A stretch of 64,000 bases of DNA, from contig OZ250165.1 of NCBI GenBank assembly GCA_965238005.1, forward strand, positions 3,040,001-3,104,000, given 5' to 3'. Under the pieces are notes generated by a model. The model made no database searches and had not been told where the DNA came from. It saw only the letters and a list, made by a program, of their open reading frames with translations. The translations under genes were made by a program, and so were the position numbers. This document shows positions 10,130 to 20,109 of this stretch, piece by piece (position 1 is the first letter of the stretch; each line of letters begins with the position of its first letter). The DNA is from Longimicrobiales bacterium (GTDB taxonomy: Bacteria > Gemmatimonadota > Gemmatimonadetes > Longimicrobiales > Gaopeijiaceae).

Positions 10130-10880
10130 GGATAGGCATTTTAAAGACCCTGTCCGAGTCCGGCACCCCGTTTGAGCGAGCCGAGTCCTTACCGTTGTGA
10201 GGCTGAGGTGCGCGTTCCCCGTCCAGCCATGCACGGACGAGACGATCGGATGCGTGGATGGGCAACAGGAACCGAACGGCCCTGACCCCGAGTAGATACC
10301 GCACGGCCCCGACCCCGAGTCGGGGACGGCGGGTCCGTGCTCCGTCGAGCAGCTCTCAGTCTGGCTGCGACTGATCGAATTCAAATTCCGGAATGGGTTC
10401 CGGATCGGCGAGGTCGAACCCGCCGGTCTGATCGAACTCGAACAGGTCCGACCACGCTTTGCGCGGTGCCCGCGGCGCCCGAGCCGGAGACAGTGGAGGG
10501 CCGGCACACCGGGCTCGTGCGAGTCCATGAGCGAGAATGCCACAGCGCAGGTAGGCCCGGAAGTCGCGTTCGACCCACGAAGGGACGCCGCCCCCTAGGG
10601 GGTCCGCCTCGGCGACCTCTGTGAGGAAGGTCTCGAGGTGGTGCTGGACCAGTGGATAGAGCGGCGTCAGGGTGGGACGGCGCCGGCGGTAGACGGGCCC
10701 ACAGTTTGGTGCGGTGGGCCGAGGGGGCGACCCTGATCGAGAGCTGACCCGTGTACGCCGCGACGTGGCGTGCATCCCGGACGGTGAGTAGAGTCCGGTG
10801 GCGGGAACATGGCTCGGCAGGCCTAGCTATCGTACGTATACCCACGATATAAAGATACGTACACGTCTCCGAAGAGCATT
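10130..10880 (-). mobile_element. Internally deleted IS91/ISCR-family (Y2 rolling-circle) element
   Basis: ORF 10356-10775 fuses the Zn-binding N-terminus (YRRRRP..TPLY.LVQHHLETF...DFRAYLRCGILAHGLARARC) to the extreme C-terminus (DPEPIPEFEFDQSQPD); oriIS-like CTTTAAAATGCCTATCC on minus strand at ~10130-10146; right boundary approximate. Confidence 0.8.
10830..10878. repeat. 49-bp dispersed repeat with internal GTACGTAT/ATACGTAC inverted repeat (copy 1)
   Basis: 46/49 identical to 55372-55420. Confidence 0.9.
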
Positions 10881-11039
10881 TCGGCGAGCTTCCTATCGAG
10901 CGATCGGCTGCTAGCGCGATGAGCACCGAGGTCGCGCGCTTCGCCTGCGATCACCCGATTGGGCCGCGCAGCAGTCGTCTAGAGAGCACCCCTCTTCGTG
11001 GCTGCCCGCTAGCCCGCCACAGCGTTGGGTCCGGATCGC

Positions 11040-11200
11040 ATTGGAGTTTGGCGTTCGGCGCGAGGACCCCGTGCAGCGGCGAGAAGGAACTGGACGTGGA
11101 CGGCCTCACCATCGTATCGGACGAGGAAACCGCCCCCATCTCGAGGGTGCCACGGTCGACTTCGTCGAGCTCGTGAACGAAGGGCGGATTCGGATGGTAA
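11040..11200 (+). pseudogene. Possible degraded HesB/IscA/NfuA N-terminal-like fragment
   Basis: EKELDVDGLTIVSDEETAP / HLEGATVDFVE across a frameshift resembles the A-type carrier 'vDG.tiv.D..s...LeGatvDfv' segment. Confidence 0.35.
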
Positions 11201-11267
11201 CGGCGCACCGCCCCGAAAGGACCAACAGCACGCCGCCACAAAGCGATGCGCAGGGTCGAGCCGCTGC

Positions 11268-12566
11268 CTACCGACGAGCCCGATATCGCTCGTAAAGGCT
11301 ACGATGCTTGTTGTCCGTCGACACCTCACGCCCGTTGATCACCAGATGCTCGATCTGGGTCTGGATCTCCAGCGGGTCGCCGTCCGTCACGATCAGGTTG
11401 CCCAGCTTCCCCACTTCAAGAGTGCCCACGTCGTCCCCGAGCCCGAGGATCTCGGCCCCGTTCACGGTGACGGCACGGAGAGCGACCTCCGGCGGAAGAC
11501 CGTAGCCCACAGCCATGCCTGCCTCGTAGGGCAGAGTCCTGGAGTTCGAGGAGTTGAAGGTCGCGAAAGCGAACTTCACACCTGCGGCATGGAGCTTCCC
11601 CGCCTTGCTGTAAGCCTCGTCATAGGGCTCGTCCGCTCCTGACGGCATGGCCTGAGTCGGTCCGAGGATGACCGGTACGCCCTTCTCGGCAAGGAGGTCC
11701 GCCACCACCCACGCCCTCTGCCCACCTGTGATGATCACGTCGAGGCCGTTCCGCTCGCCGAACTCGACGGCGTTGCGGATATCCCGCTCTGCGCTGGCGC
11801 TGATGAGGACCGGGAGCTCGCCTCCGGCCGCGGGGATCAACGCTTCCAGCTTGAGGTCGCGCCTTGCGGTCCCGGCTTCGACAGCCAGTGCGTAGTTGCG
11901 TGCGGTGTTCAGCCACGTCTCCATCTCGCGGACCCGCTCCTCGTACTGCTCGAGCCCCTTGCCCCAGGGAAGCGCGGGGCCGCTCAACCCGCCGCCGCCC
12001 CTACCACCCCCACCGCCCAAGCTGGGCCAGGCCACGACAAGCCCCACCGAGTGGCGGAGCATCATCTCTTCCACCGTCCAACCGTCCAGGTGAACCACCG
12101 TGGCCTGACCCGCGAAGCCCTGTCCACCCGGCGCGGACAAGGCATGCGTGATTCCGTTGGCTCTGGCGACCGGGATGTGCTCGCTGGCCGGATGGACCGC
12201 CGTCGCGGCGTTCAGGTGGGGGTTGTACCGCCCGAGCTCCCGGATGTCGGACGTCACGTCGACGGCTCCGATCTCGGTAAGCCCCAGCGTCGTGTAGGCG
12301 TCGAACATGCCGGGGTAGACGTGCTTGCCCGACGCGTCGATGACGTGGGCACCGGTTGGGATCTGGACGTTGGTGCCTACGGCCGTGATCTGCCCGTCTT
12401 CGATGAGCACCGTCCCGTTCGCGACGGACTCACCCGCTAGGGTATGGACTTCACCACCCCACACCGCGAGGACACCCTGGGACTGCGCACCGAGGGATGT
12501 CGTCATGAGTGTCAGGCCGATTACGGCATGGGCCGCGCCACGCCCCACTTCCCTGAGCCGGATCAT
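11268..12566 (-). CDS. Amidohydrolase family protein (secreted, imidazolonepropionase-like fold)
   Basis: IDASGKHVYPGMFDA, ARANGIT, GTLEVGKLGNLIVTDGDPL; overlaps the stop of the upstream gene. Confidence 0.88.
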   Translation of the reverse strand: MIRLREVGRGAAHAVIGLTLMTTSLGAQSQGVLAVWGGEVHTLAGESVANGTVLIEDGQITAVGTNVQIPTGAHVIDASGKHVYPGMFDAYTTLGLTEIGAVDVTSDIRELGRYNPHLNAATAVHPASEHIPVARANGITHALSAPGGQGFAGQATVVHLDGWTVEEMMLRHSVGLVVAWPSLGGGGGRGGGGLSGPALPWGKGLEQYEERVREMETWLNTARNYALAVEAGTARRDLKLEALIPAAGGELPVLISASAERDIRNAVEFGERNGLDVIITGGQRAWVVADLLAEKGVPVILGPTQAMPSGADEPYDEAYSKAGKLHAAGVKFAFATFNSSNSRTLPYEAGMAVGYGLPPEVALRAVTVNGAEILGLGDDVGTLEVGKLGNLIVTDGDPLEIQTQIEHLVINGREVSTDNKHRSLYERYRARR

Positions 12567-15283
12567 CGGGTTTCCTCTCGGCCACCCTGGCCGTCTTCGG
12601 TGATGGGCCGGCCGCTCTCACGCGCACCGGTCCCCAGCTTGTCCCTGAGCGCCTCGATCTCCGCCTCGATCTGCTGTTGGCGCTCCTTATCGAGGTCGAT
12701 GTCGAAGTAGAGCTCGCCGTCCACATAGGTCTGCTGCACGACACCGTAGACGGAGAGCGGGTGACCATCGTAGACGACCAGGTCCGCGTCCTTCCCCACG
12801 TCGATGGAACCCGTCCGATCGTCCACCCGGAGCTGCATCGCCGGATTGAGCGTGACGAGCCGGAGCGCCTCCTCCTCGCTGAGTCCCCCCCACTTCATCG
12901 CCTTGGCCGCTTCCTGGTTCAAGTGTCGCATCTCCTCACCACTGTCCGAGTTGATGGAGACGAGCACGCCCTTCTCGGTCATGAGCGCGGCATTGTACGG
13001 GATCGCGTCATAGGCCTCGACCTTGTAGCCCCACCAGTCGGAGAACGTGGACGCGCCGGCGCCGTGCTCGGCGATCTCTTTGGCCACCTTGTAGCCCTCG
13101 AGGACATGTTGAAAGGTGGCGATCCGGAATCCGAACTCCTCGGCCAGTCGGAGGAGCTGCACAATCTCATCGGCCCGGTACGAGTGGGCGTGAACCAAGC
13201 GCTCTCCGCGCAGGATCTCGGCAAGGGTCTCAAGCTTCAGGTCCCGCCGCGGCGGAATGGCGTTGCCCTCGCCTGCGGCTTCGTACTCCTCCCAGTCGGC
13301 CATGTATTGCTGGGCCTCGACGAAGGCCTGCCGGATCACGTCGTTCACCCCCATGCGGGTGGACGGGTAGCGGTCCGGATCACGGTCGCGCTTGGTGTTC
13401 TCTCCGAGGGCGAACTTGATGCCGGGTATGGCCCCCGCGAACTTGAGCCCCTCGGCATCGGCTCCCCAGCGGAGCTTCAGGACGGCGTTCTTGCCCCCGA
13501 TGGGGTTGGCGCTTCCGTGGAGCACGTTGGCGGAAGTGACACCACCGGCCAGAGCCCGGTAGATGCTGTTCTGGTCCGGATCGATGACGTCTTCGATCCC
13601 CACCATCGCCGAGACGGCGACCGTTCCCTCGTTGATCCCTCCCTCACCGGCGATGTGGGAGTGGGCGTCGAAAATCCCGGGAATCACGTACTTTCCGCTG
13701 GCATCGACCACGTGGGCTCCTCGTGGCGCGTCGAGCCCCTGCCCTACTTCGGCGATCTTCCCGTCACGGATGAGGATGTCCCCGTTCTCGATGCGCCCGT
13801 TGCTGGCGGTCAGGATCGTGGCGTTCCGAAGGAGCGTCACGGGATCGCTGCGGTACGCGCCCCGATCACGAGCCATAGGCACCTCGACATTCGTGGTGGT
13901 GGTCTCTTCCTCTTCCTCTTCCTCGTCTTCGTCGTCATCAGGGCTCGCCAACTCTCCCACTTCGAACTGCTTGCCGTCCACAAAGACCATCTTCAACTCG
14001 GTATCGTCGACGAAGAGATCCCCGTCGGTTACCACGAGATTCGCGATCTTGCCGTCTTCGATGCTTCCCAACCGGTCCGCCACACCGAAGATCTCGGCGG
14101 GTGTAAGGGTCAGGGCTCGGATGGCAGCCTCAGTGGAAAGGCCTCGCTCCACCGCCTCACCCACGTTTTCGACCACGTCGGCCGGATCGCTGATGTCTCC
14201 AGAGTAGAACGCGAAGCGTACGCCGGCCGTGTTCAGAGCCGCCGCGGTGGTGGGAGCCCGGTCCCAGAGGCGGAGCTGGTTCAAGGAGGGCTGGGCCTCG
14301 GGGTCCCCGTCTCTGGGTGGCCTTGGCCAGTCGACGTTCACCAGGGCCGTGACCCGGTTCGCCGCGAGCACGTCGGCCGCCTCGTACCCTCGATGTAGTC
14401 CGTAGATCACGGGGGTCGTGCCCGACTCGGCGGCGAGGTCGATGGCACGCTGGGCCTGGGCGGTCGTCGTGGCCGGTACGAGGAAGGGCGTGCCTCCTCG
14501 TACCGCGGCCCGGATCGGCTCCAGGGCCCGGTCGTACTCCGGCCGCTCCAATCCCCGCGGATCGTCTTCGTACAAGCTCCACGCCGCGTCGTAGTGGGCA
14601 GCGTCCAAGAACACCTGCTTGAGATATGCGAAAACCCCCATGAGCGAGCCCGGGAATCCTCGGACGGAGCCTCCGCGGCTCAGGTTCACTCTCAACGCCA
14701 CGCGGGTCTTCACCACCATGTCCCCCGGGCGCTCACCTGCCAGGTTGATCACCGCGGACTGACCGGGGAAGATGCCTTCGGAGGGAGAGGCGATCACGGT
14801 GGTGAACCCGGCGCTTCGCCAGCGTTCGATCCGCTCGTCGCTCCCATCTAGATCGTCGGCGGCGTTCACCCAGGGCGTCGTGGCCGGTCGATCCTCGGGG
14901 CCCCAGGAATACCGGGTCTCACGGCCCCCGGAGCCACCGCCCCGAGGCGGGGACCCTCCCGGATGCCCGATGTCGGTCAATGCGTCGATGAAGCCCGGAT
15001 ACACGGTCAGTCCGGAGCCGTCGATCACCCAGGCGTCGGCCGGTACGTCCACGTTCCGACCCACGTCGGTGATGACCCCGTTTCGCACCACGACCGTGCC
15101 GTTGTCGATCGTGCCGCCCGATACCGTGACGACTCGTGCGCCCTGAATGGCGAAGTGCCCGGGCTGATCCGGGCTCGTCGCTTGGGCCTGGGCGCTCGCT
15201 TCCGAGGCCTGAGCCAGCGCCGCGATGATCACTGTCGATAGGAAGGCTCGCCGGAGGTGGGAGTCGGATTTGACCAACGACAT
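12563..15283 (-). CDS. Two-domain secreted amidohydrolase
   Basis: Two amidohydrolase repeats (VYPGFIDA; VIPGIFDAHSH..HAHSYR..FQHVLE..INSDS) joined by an acidic linker; signal peptide from ATG 15283. Confidence 0.9.
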   Translation of the reverse strand: MSLVKSDSHLRRAFLSTVIIAALAQASEASAQAQATSPDQPGHFAIQGARVVTVSGGTIDNGTVVVRNGVITDVGRNVDVPADAWVIDGSGLTVYPGFIDALTDIGHPGGSPPRGGGSGGRETRYSWGPEDRPATTPWVNAADDLDGSDERIERWRSAGFTTVIASPSEGIFPGQSAVINLAGERPGDMVVKTRVALRVNLSRGGSVRGFPGSLMGVFAYLKQVFLDAAHYDAAWSLYEDDPRGLERPEYDRALEPIRAAVRGGTPFLVPATTTAQAQRAIDLAAESGTTPVIYGLHRGYEAADVLAANRVTALVNVDWPRPPRDGDPEAQPSLNQLRLWDRAPTTAAALNTAGVRFAFYSGDISDPADVVENVGEAVERGLSTEAAIRALTLTPAEIFGVADRLGSIEDGKIANLVVTDGDLFVDDTELKMVFVDGKQFEVGELASPDDDEDEEEEEEETTTTNVEVPMARDRGAYRSDPVTLLRNATILTASNGRIENGDILIRDGKIAEVGQGLDAPRGAHVVDASGKYVIPGIFDAHSHIAGEGGINEGTVAVSAMVGIEDVIDPDQNSIYRALAGGVTSANVLHGSANPIGGKNAVLKLRWGADAEGLKFAGAIPGIKFALGENTKRDRDPDRYPSTRMGVNDVIRQAFVEAQQYMADWEEYEAAGEGNAIPPRRDLKLETLAEILRGERLVHAHSYRADEIVQLLRLAEEFGFRIATFQHVLEGYKVAKEIAEHGAGASTFSDWWGYKVEAYDAIPYNAALMTEKGVLVSINSDSGEEMRHLNQEAAKAMKWGGLSEEEALRLVTLNPAMQLRVDDRTGSIDVGKDADLVVYDGHPLSVYGVVQQTYVDGELYFDIDLDKERQQQIEAEIEALRDKLGTGARESGRPITEDGQGGREETR

Positions 15284-15587
15284 GGTACGGTCCTCAGGGT
15301 GAAGCGACGAAGGCGTGGGAGTGGCTAATCTGAAGGCTCCGGGCGAGTGCGGCCAGCCCCGCCAGAAAGCGAGGACCAGGGCCGAGCGCAGGGTCGAGGA
15401 CCGATTTGCCCCGCCTGGCAGCGAGGCGCAGAGCCGAGCGTGGGGTCGAGCCTTCCATCTTGACTTCTCCCCGGTCGGCCGTAGGGTGGGGGACCTCAGT
15501 GGCTGGACCACAGCACGTCCCGGATTCGGGGGACCTCAGTGGGGGCAACTCGCTCGCAGACCAGTAACCCGAGAAGGGAGCCGATCA

Positions 15588-16367
15588 ATGTCTTCAGTCC
15601 TCACACAGCTCGTGCAGGAGCTCGCTTCCGGTGCCATCAGGGTCGTGGATCTGACCCAGCCGCTGGGGCCCGACACGCCGGTCATCGGCCTTCCGGATAT
15701 CTTCGCGCCGTCACCGGGAATGAGCATAGAGGTAATCTCACGCTACGATGACAACGGGCCCGCATGGTATTGGAACACCATCCGGCTGGGCGAGCACACC
15801 GGCACCCACTTCGACGCCCCCATCCACTGGGTTACGGGCAAGGACCTCCCGAACAACGCTTGCGACACGCTCCCTGTGGGTCGGTTCGTTGGCCCCGGCT
15901 GCGTCATCGACGTGACCGGCGAGGTGGCTGAAGATCCCGACTTCCTCCTTACGGCCGCCCGGATCGAGGCCTGGGAGCAGGAACACGGGCGAATCCCCGC
16001 CGGGGGCTGGGTGCTACTTCACACCGGCTGGAGCAAGCGCACCGATCCAGCGGACTTCCATAATCTGGCCGACGATGGACCTCACACGCCGGGTTTCGCG
16101 AAGGAGGCGTCCGATCTCCTGGCCCACGAGCGCGACGTGACAGGCGTCGGGGTAGAGACCATCGGAACGGATGCCGGCCAGGCCGGTGGATTCGATCCGC
16201 CCTTCCCCAACCACAACACCATGCATGGCGCCGGGAAGCTCGGCCTTGCCAGCCTGTACAACCTGGATCAGCTGCCCGCCACGGGCTCGCTGATCATCGC
16301 TGCACCGCTGAAGATCGTGGAAGGGAGCGGAAGCCCACTCAGGGTGTTGGCATTGGTAGGGGCTTGA
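15588..16367 (+). CDS. Cyclase family protein (kynurenine formamidase / isatin hydrolase-like)
   Basis: VVDLTQPL, GEHTGTHFDAPIHW, GVGVETIGTDAG, GSGSPLRVLA; GGGAG RBS. Confidence 0.92.
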   Translation: MSSVLTQLVQELASGAIRVVDLTQPLGPDTPVIGLPDIFAPSPGMSIEVISRYDDNGPAWYWNTIRLGEHTGTHFDAPIHWVTGKDLPNNACDTLPVGRFVGPGCVIDVTGEVAEDPDFLLTAARIEAWEQEHGRIPAGGWVLLHTGWSKRTDPADFHNLADDGPHTPGFAKEASDLLAHERDVTGVGVETIGTDAGQAGGFDPPFPNHNTMHGAGKLGLASLYNLDQLPATGSLIIAAPLKIVEGSGSPLRVLALVGA

Positions 16368-16425
16368 GGCAACCTCCGAGGTAGCCGTAACAGGGGGAGG
16401 GGCTACCCTATGGGCGGGGCCGGCT

Positions 16426-16650
16426 CTATTCGATGACATTTCCGACAGAGGCGTCTTCCTGCGACAACGTCGGGAACTGCCAGGCGGACACAATCAGACC
16501 CCCGATCACACCGATCAGGATCCCGATGAAGGCGACCTTGAGTCCGTGACGGAAATGGCGCCGTTCCCTGCTACGGCGGATGGCCATTTGATAGGCTCTG
16601 TAACGTCTCTCCCCACTGCTACTTCTAGAGGAGATTGCGCTGGCGCTCAT
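16426..16650 (-). CDS. Small single-pass membrane protein, unknown function
   Basis: 74 aa, basic N-region then hydrophobic helix VAFIGILIGVIGGLIVSAW; consensus sigma54 promoter upstream. Confidence 0.6.
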   Translation of the reverse strand: MSASAISSRSSSGERRYRAYQMAIRRSRERRHFRHGLKVAFIGILIGVIGGLIVSAWQFPTLSQEDASVGNVIE

Positions 16651-16691
16651 GGTTCTTCACCGTTTTGAAGGAGCCTCCGTGCAGAACTTTG

Positions 16692-16707
16692 TGCAACAGC
16701 TGTGCCA
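16692..16707 (-). promoter_or_regulatory. Sigma54 (-24/-12) promoter
   Basis: Minus strand TGGCAC-AGCTG-TTGCA matches TGGCAC-N5-TTGCW exactly, ~40 bp before ATG 16650. Confidence 0.7.
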
Positions 16708-16879
16708 CGCGGGTCATCGGCCTGAGCACTGGGTTCTAGACTGCCTCAACCATCTCGCTTTGGGAAAAAACTGCCGAATTCCTGCAAGACGTTGCCGGGC
16801 ACGGACCTAACGCGGAACTCGTGAGACGGGAGGTTGTCGAGTGGCCCCGCCGGAGCATGGCCTCTAGCTTCGGCCTCCG

Positions 16880-18532
16880 ATGTCCATACGCTCGAACGCA
16901 CCAGAGACGCCACCGTCGGAGGAGCCAACCCTCGTTCGCCGGGCCCGCGCACATGCCGACGGTATCGCCGTGGTCGGGTCCGAAGGGCTCTTCACGTACC
17001 GCGATCTGCTAGAGGCGTCCACGGGGGTGGCTTGGCGGCTGCTGGCGGCCTTCCCGGGTGCGCGTGCTTCGGACGGGACGGGCATTCGCCCTGGCGCGGG
17101 CGATCTAGGGCAGGCACGCATCGCATTTCTGGTCCCCCCGGGATTTCATCACGTGGCCGTTCAATGGGGGATCTGGCAGGCGGGGGGTGTGGCGGTTCCG
17201 CTGGCTGTGTCGCACCCACCCCCCGAGTTGGCCCACGTCCTCGATGACGCCGAGCCCGCCGCCGTGGTCGTGCATCCGTCGCTGACCGATCGCATCACTC
17301 CGCTGGCGGAGGAGAGAGGACTGCCGGTCCTGGACGCGGGGGAGCTGTGCGGGGCGCTCGATGCCGCGGAACTCCCGGCATCGGCACCTGAAGTGCCCCC
17401 GGATCAGCCGGCCCTTCCCGGTGTCTCGGGGGACCGGCGGGCCCTCGTCGTCTACACCAGCGGCACCACGGGCCGCCCCAAAGGGGTGGTCACGACCCAT
17501 GCGAACGTCGAGGCGCAGGTCACCTCCCTGGTCGCCGCGTGGGAGTGGAGTCCCGATGACCACATCCTGCTCGTGCTGCCACTCCATCATGTGCACGGGA
17601 TCATCAACGTCGTCACGTGCGCGCTGTGGGCCGGCGCCTGCTGCCAGATGCTGCCTCGCTTCGACGCCGCCGAGACCTGGGAGCGCTTCGCCCGCGGAGA
17701 CGTCACCCTCTTCATGGCTGTGCCCACCGTCTACGTCCGGCTCATCCGGGCTTGGGAGGAGGCGAGCGAGGGGGATCGGGGGCGGTGGAGCGAGGGGGCG
17801 CGCAAGATGCGCCTCATGGTCTCGGGCTCGGCGGCCCTTCCGATCAACGTCCTCGAACGCTGGCGAGAGATCACGGGCCACGTGCTCCTGGAGCGATACG
17901 GCATGACCGAGATCGGCATGGGACTCTCGAATCCCCTCCGAGGGGAGCGACGGCCCGGCTATGTGGGCCAGCCCCTTCCGGGTGTGGAGATACGCCGGGT
18001 GGACGACACCGGCCACGTGCTCTCCGATCCAGGAGCCCCCGGCGAGCTGGAGGTCCGGGGCCCGGGGGTCTTCTCCGAGTATTGGCAGCGTCCGGAAGAG
18101 ACGGCCAGCTCGTTCAGGGACGGCTGGTTCCGAACGGGCGATGTGGCGACCGAGGAGGACGGTTACTACCGTCTCCTCGGCCGGATGTCGGTGGATATCA
18201 TCAAGACGGGCGGCTACAAGGTGTCGGCCCTCGATGTGGAGGAGACCCTGAGGGAGCACGAAGACGTGGAGGACTGCGCCGTCGTGGGCGTGCCCGACCC
18301 CGAGTTGGGGGAACGCCTTTGCGCGGCCCTCGTCGCCCCAGGCGAGGCGACAGTCGACCACGGCATCGCGACCATCGACGCCGACGCCGTGCTCGGGTGG
18401 GCCAAACAACGGCTCGCTCCATACAAGGTCCCACGAGAGCTCAGGATCGTGGCCGAGCTCCCACGGAACGCCATGGGAAAAGTGCAGAAACAGGATCTGA
18501 AGACTCTGTTCGAGACCGGGAATCCCCCATGA
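16880..18532 (+). CDS. Acyl-CoA synthetase (malonyl-CoA synthetase MatB/ACSF3-like)
   Basis: YTSGTTGRPKG, LPLHHVHG, FMAVPTVY, SGSAAL, ERYGMTE, DIIKTGGYKVSALDVE, LPRNAMGKVQK. Confidence 0.9.
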   Translation: MSIRSNAPETPPSEEPTLVRRARAHADGIAVVGSEGLFTYRDLLEASTGVAWRLLAAFPGARASDGTGIRPGAGDLGQARIAFLVPPGFHHVAVQWGIWQAGGVAVPLAVSHPPPELAHVLDDAEPAAVVVHPSLTDRITPLAEERGLPVLDAGELCGALDAAELPASAPEVPPDQPALPGVSGDRRALVVYTSGTTGRPKGVVTTHANVEAQVTSLVAAWEWSPDDHILLVLPLHHVHGIINVVTCALWAGACCQMLPRFDAAETWERFARGDVTLFMAVPTVYVRLIRAWEEASEGDRGRWSEGARKMRLMVSGSAALPINVLERWREITGHVLLERYGMTEIGMGLSNPLRGERRPGYVGQPLPGVEIRRVDDTGHVLSDPGAPGELEVRGPGVFSEYWQRPEETASSFRDGWFRTGDVATEEDGYYRLLGRMSVDIIKTGGYKVSALDVEETLREHEDVEDCAVVGVPDPELGERLCAALVAPGEATVDHGIATIDADAVLGWAKQRLAPYKVPRELRIVAELPRNAMGKVQKQDLKTLFETGNPP

Positions 18533-20016
18533 GCGCCATCCTCGACAATCTCCGGGAGTTCTGGCTCGTCCACCTGCTGCTGATCCTCTATACGGCGCTC
18601 ATGGCCTACCACGCCTACGCCGGTAACAGGGAGACCGAGGGGCTGGCCGACTACTATGTGGGGGGCCGGGGGATGGGAGGGCTGGTCTTGGGTCTCTCGT
18701 TCTTCGCCACGTATTCGAGCACCAACAGCTTCGTGGGGTTCTCGGGTCAGGCCTACGGGTGGGGAGCGCCCTGGCTCCTCCTCGTGCCGTTCATCGTGGG
18801 CTTCTCCCTCTTCGCGTGGACCGTCGTCGCCCCTCGGCTCCGGGAATTCACCCGCTCACTGGATTCTTTGACGGTTTCGGACTTCATCGGATTCCGCTTC
18901 GAGAGCACGGCGGCCCGCTTCCTGGCGGCCATTATCGTGCTCTTCGCCAGTCTCCTCTACATGACCGCCGTCTTCAAGGGGATCGGTAACCTCCTCGAGA
19001 CCTTCATGGACATCCCCTACAAGGTGGCCATCGCGCTGGTCTTCGTGGTGGTCATGCTGTACACGGCGATTGGCGGCTTCATCTCGGTGGCGAAGACCGA
19101 TGCGGTACAAGGCATCGTCATGTCGGTGGCGGCCATCCTGCTGTTCACCGGAACGGTGACCGCCGCCGGCGGGCTCGGGGCCCTTGGGGCGATCCGCCAG
19201 GCTCCGGAGACGTCCCATCTGTTCACGTGGGGGGGCGGGGTCGCCGTGCCCACCCTCTTCGGGGTGCTGGTGGCGGGGACCATCAAGTTCGCCGTCGAGC
19301 CGCGTCAGCTCTCTCGGTTCTATGCCCTGAAAGACGCGCAAGCCACCCGCACCGGCATGCTGGTGAGCACCCTCACTTTCGCGGCCGTGTACTCCCTCCT
19401 CGTTCCAGTGGGGCTTTACGCGCGTCGGATAATCCCCGACAACATCGAGGACACAGACCTCGTCGTGCCCACACTGCTGGCGACGGAGGGGATCTTCTCT
19501 TCCCTGGGGGCTGCCTTCCTTCTGGTCGCAATGGTCGCCGCCGCCATGTCGTCTTTGGACAGCGTGCTCCTGGTGATGGCATCGACTGCCGAGCGCGACA
19601 TCGTGGGTGTGGCTCGACCTGCCAGCTCCGATGCTGCGGCACTCCTCGCCACGCGCTACTACGTGGCGGTCTTCGCCCTCGTGACCGCCGTCATCGCCTT
19701 GAACCCGCCCGGGGGCATCGTGACCCTCACCGCACTCTCAGGCAGCGTGTACGGCGCTTGCTTCTTCCCCGCCATCGTCCTGGGTCTCTATTGGAGGAAG
19801 GGGAGCGGGGCAGCCGTCATCGGGTCGTACGCCGCCGGGCTGGCCCCGCTCTTCCTCTGGCAGTACACGCCCTGGTCCGAAGCCCTTCACCAGGTCTTCC
19901 CGGCGTTGGTCCTCTCGCTGCTGACGTACGTGGTCATCTCGCTGACGGGACCGACGGTCGAGACAGAGCGCGTCAGGGACCTCTTCCAGGCCGCCGAGGG
20001 CTCGCGATCCCCCTGA
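18529..20016 (+). CDS. Sodium:solute symporter (SSS family)
   Basis: DYYVGGRGMG, FFATYSSTNSFVG, GGFISVAKTDAVQG, AAAMSSLDS; ATGA overlap with the synthetase stop. Confidence 0.9.
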   Translation: MSAILDNLREFWLVHLLLILYTALMAYHAYAGNRETEGLADYYVGGRGMGGLVLGLSFFATYSSTNSFVGFSGQAYGWGAPWLLLVPFIVGFSLFAWTVVAPRLREFTRSLDSLTVSDFIGFRFESTAARFLAAIIVLFASLLYMTAVFKGIGNLLETFMDIPYKVAIALVFVVVMLYTAIGGFISVAKTDAVQGIVMSVAAILLFTGTVTAAGGLGALGAIRQAPETSHLFTWGGGVAVPTLFGVLVAGTIKFAVEPRQLSRFYALKDAQATRTGMLVSTLTFAAVYSLLVPVGLYARRIIPDNIEDTDLVVPTLLATEGIFSSLGAAFLLVAMVAAAMSSLDSVLLVMASTAERDIVGVARPASSDAAALLATRYYVAVFALVTAVIALNPPGGIVTLTALSGSVYGACFFPAIVLGLYWRKGSGAAVIGSYAAGLAPLFLWQYTPWSEALHQVFPALVLSLLTYVVISLTGPTVETERVRDLFQAAEGSRSP

Positions 20017-20109
20017 ATCCAGGGCCAATCCCGCCCTCGTTCTCTTGCAGCGCGACTACTGCCGGGGTAATTTTGGGGGTTGATTCTGGCTTTCTGTGGA
20101 GGAACGAAC

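Noticed and set aside
11268..15283. Tandem amidohydrolases with degenerate metal sites and an acidic linker as a novel system
   Set aside because: This paired arrangement is common in heterotrophic bacteria; nothing distinctive here.
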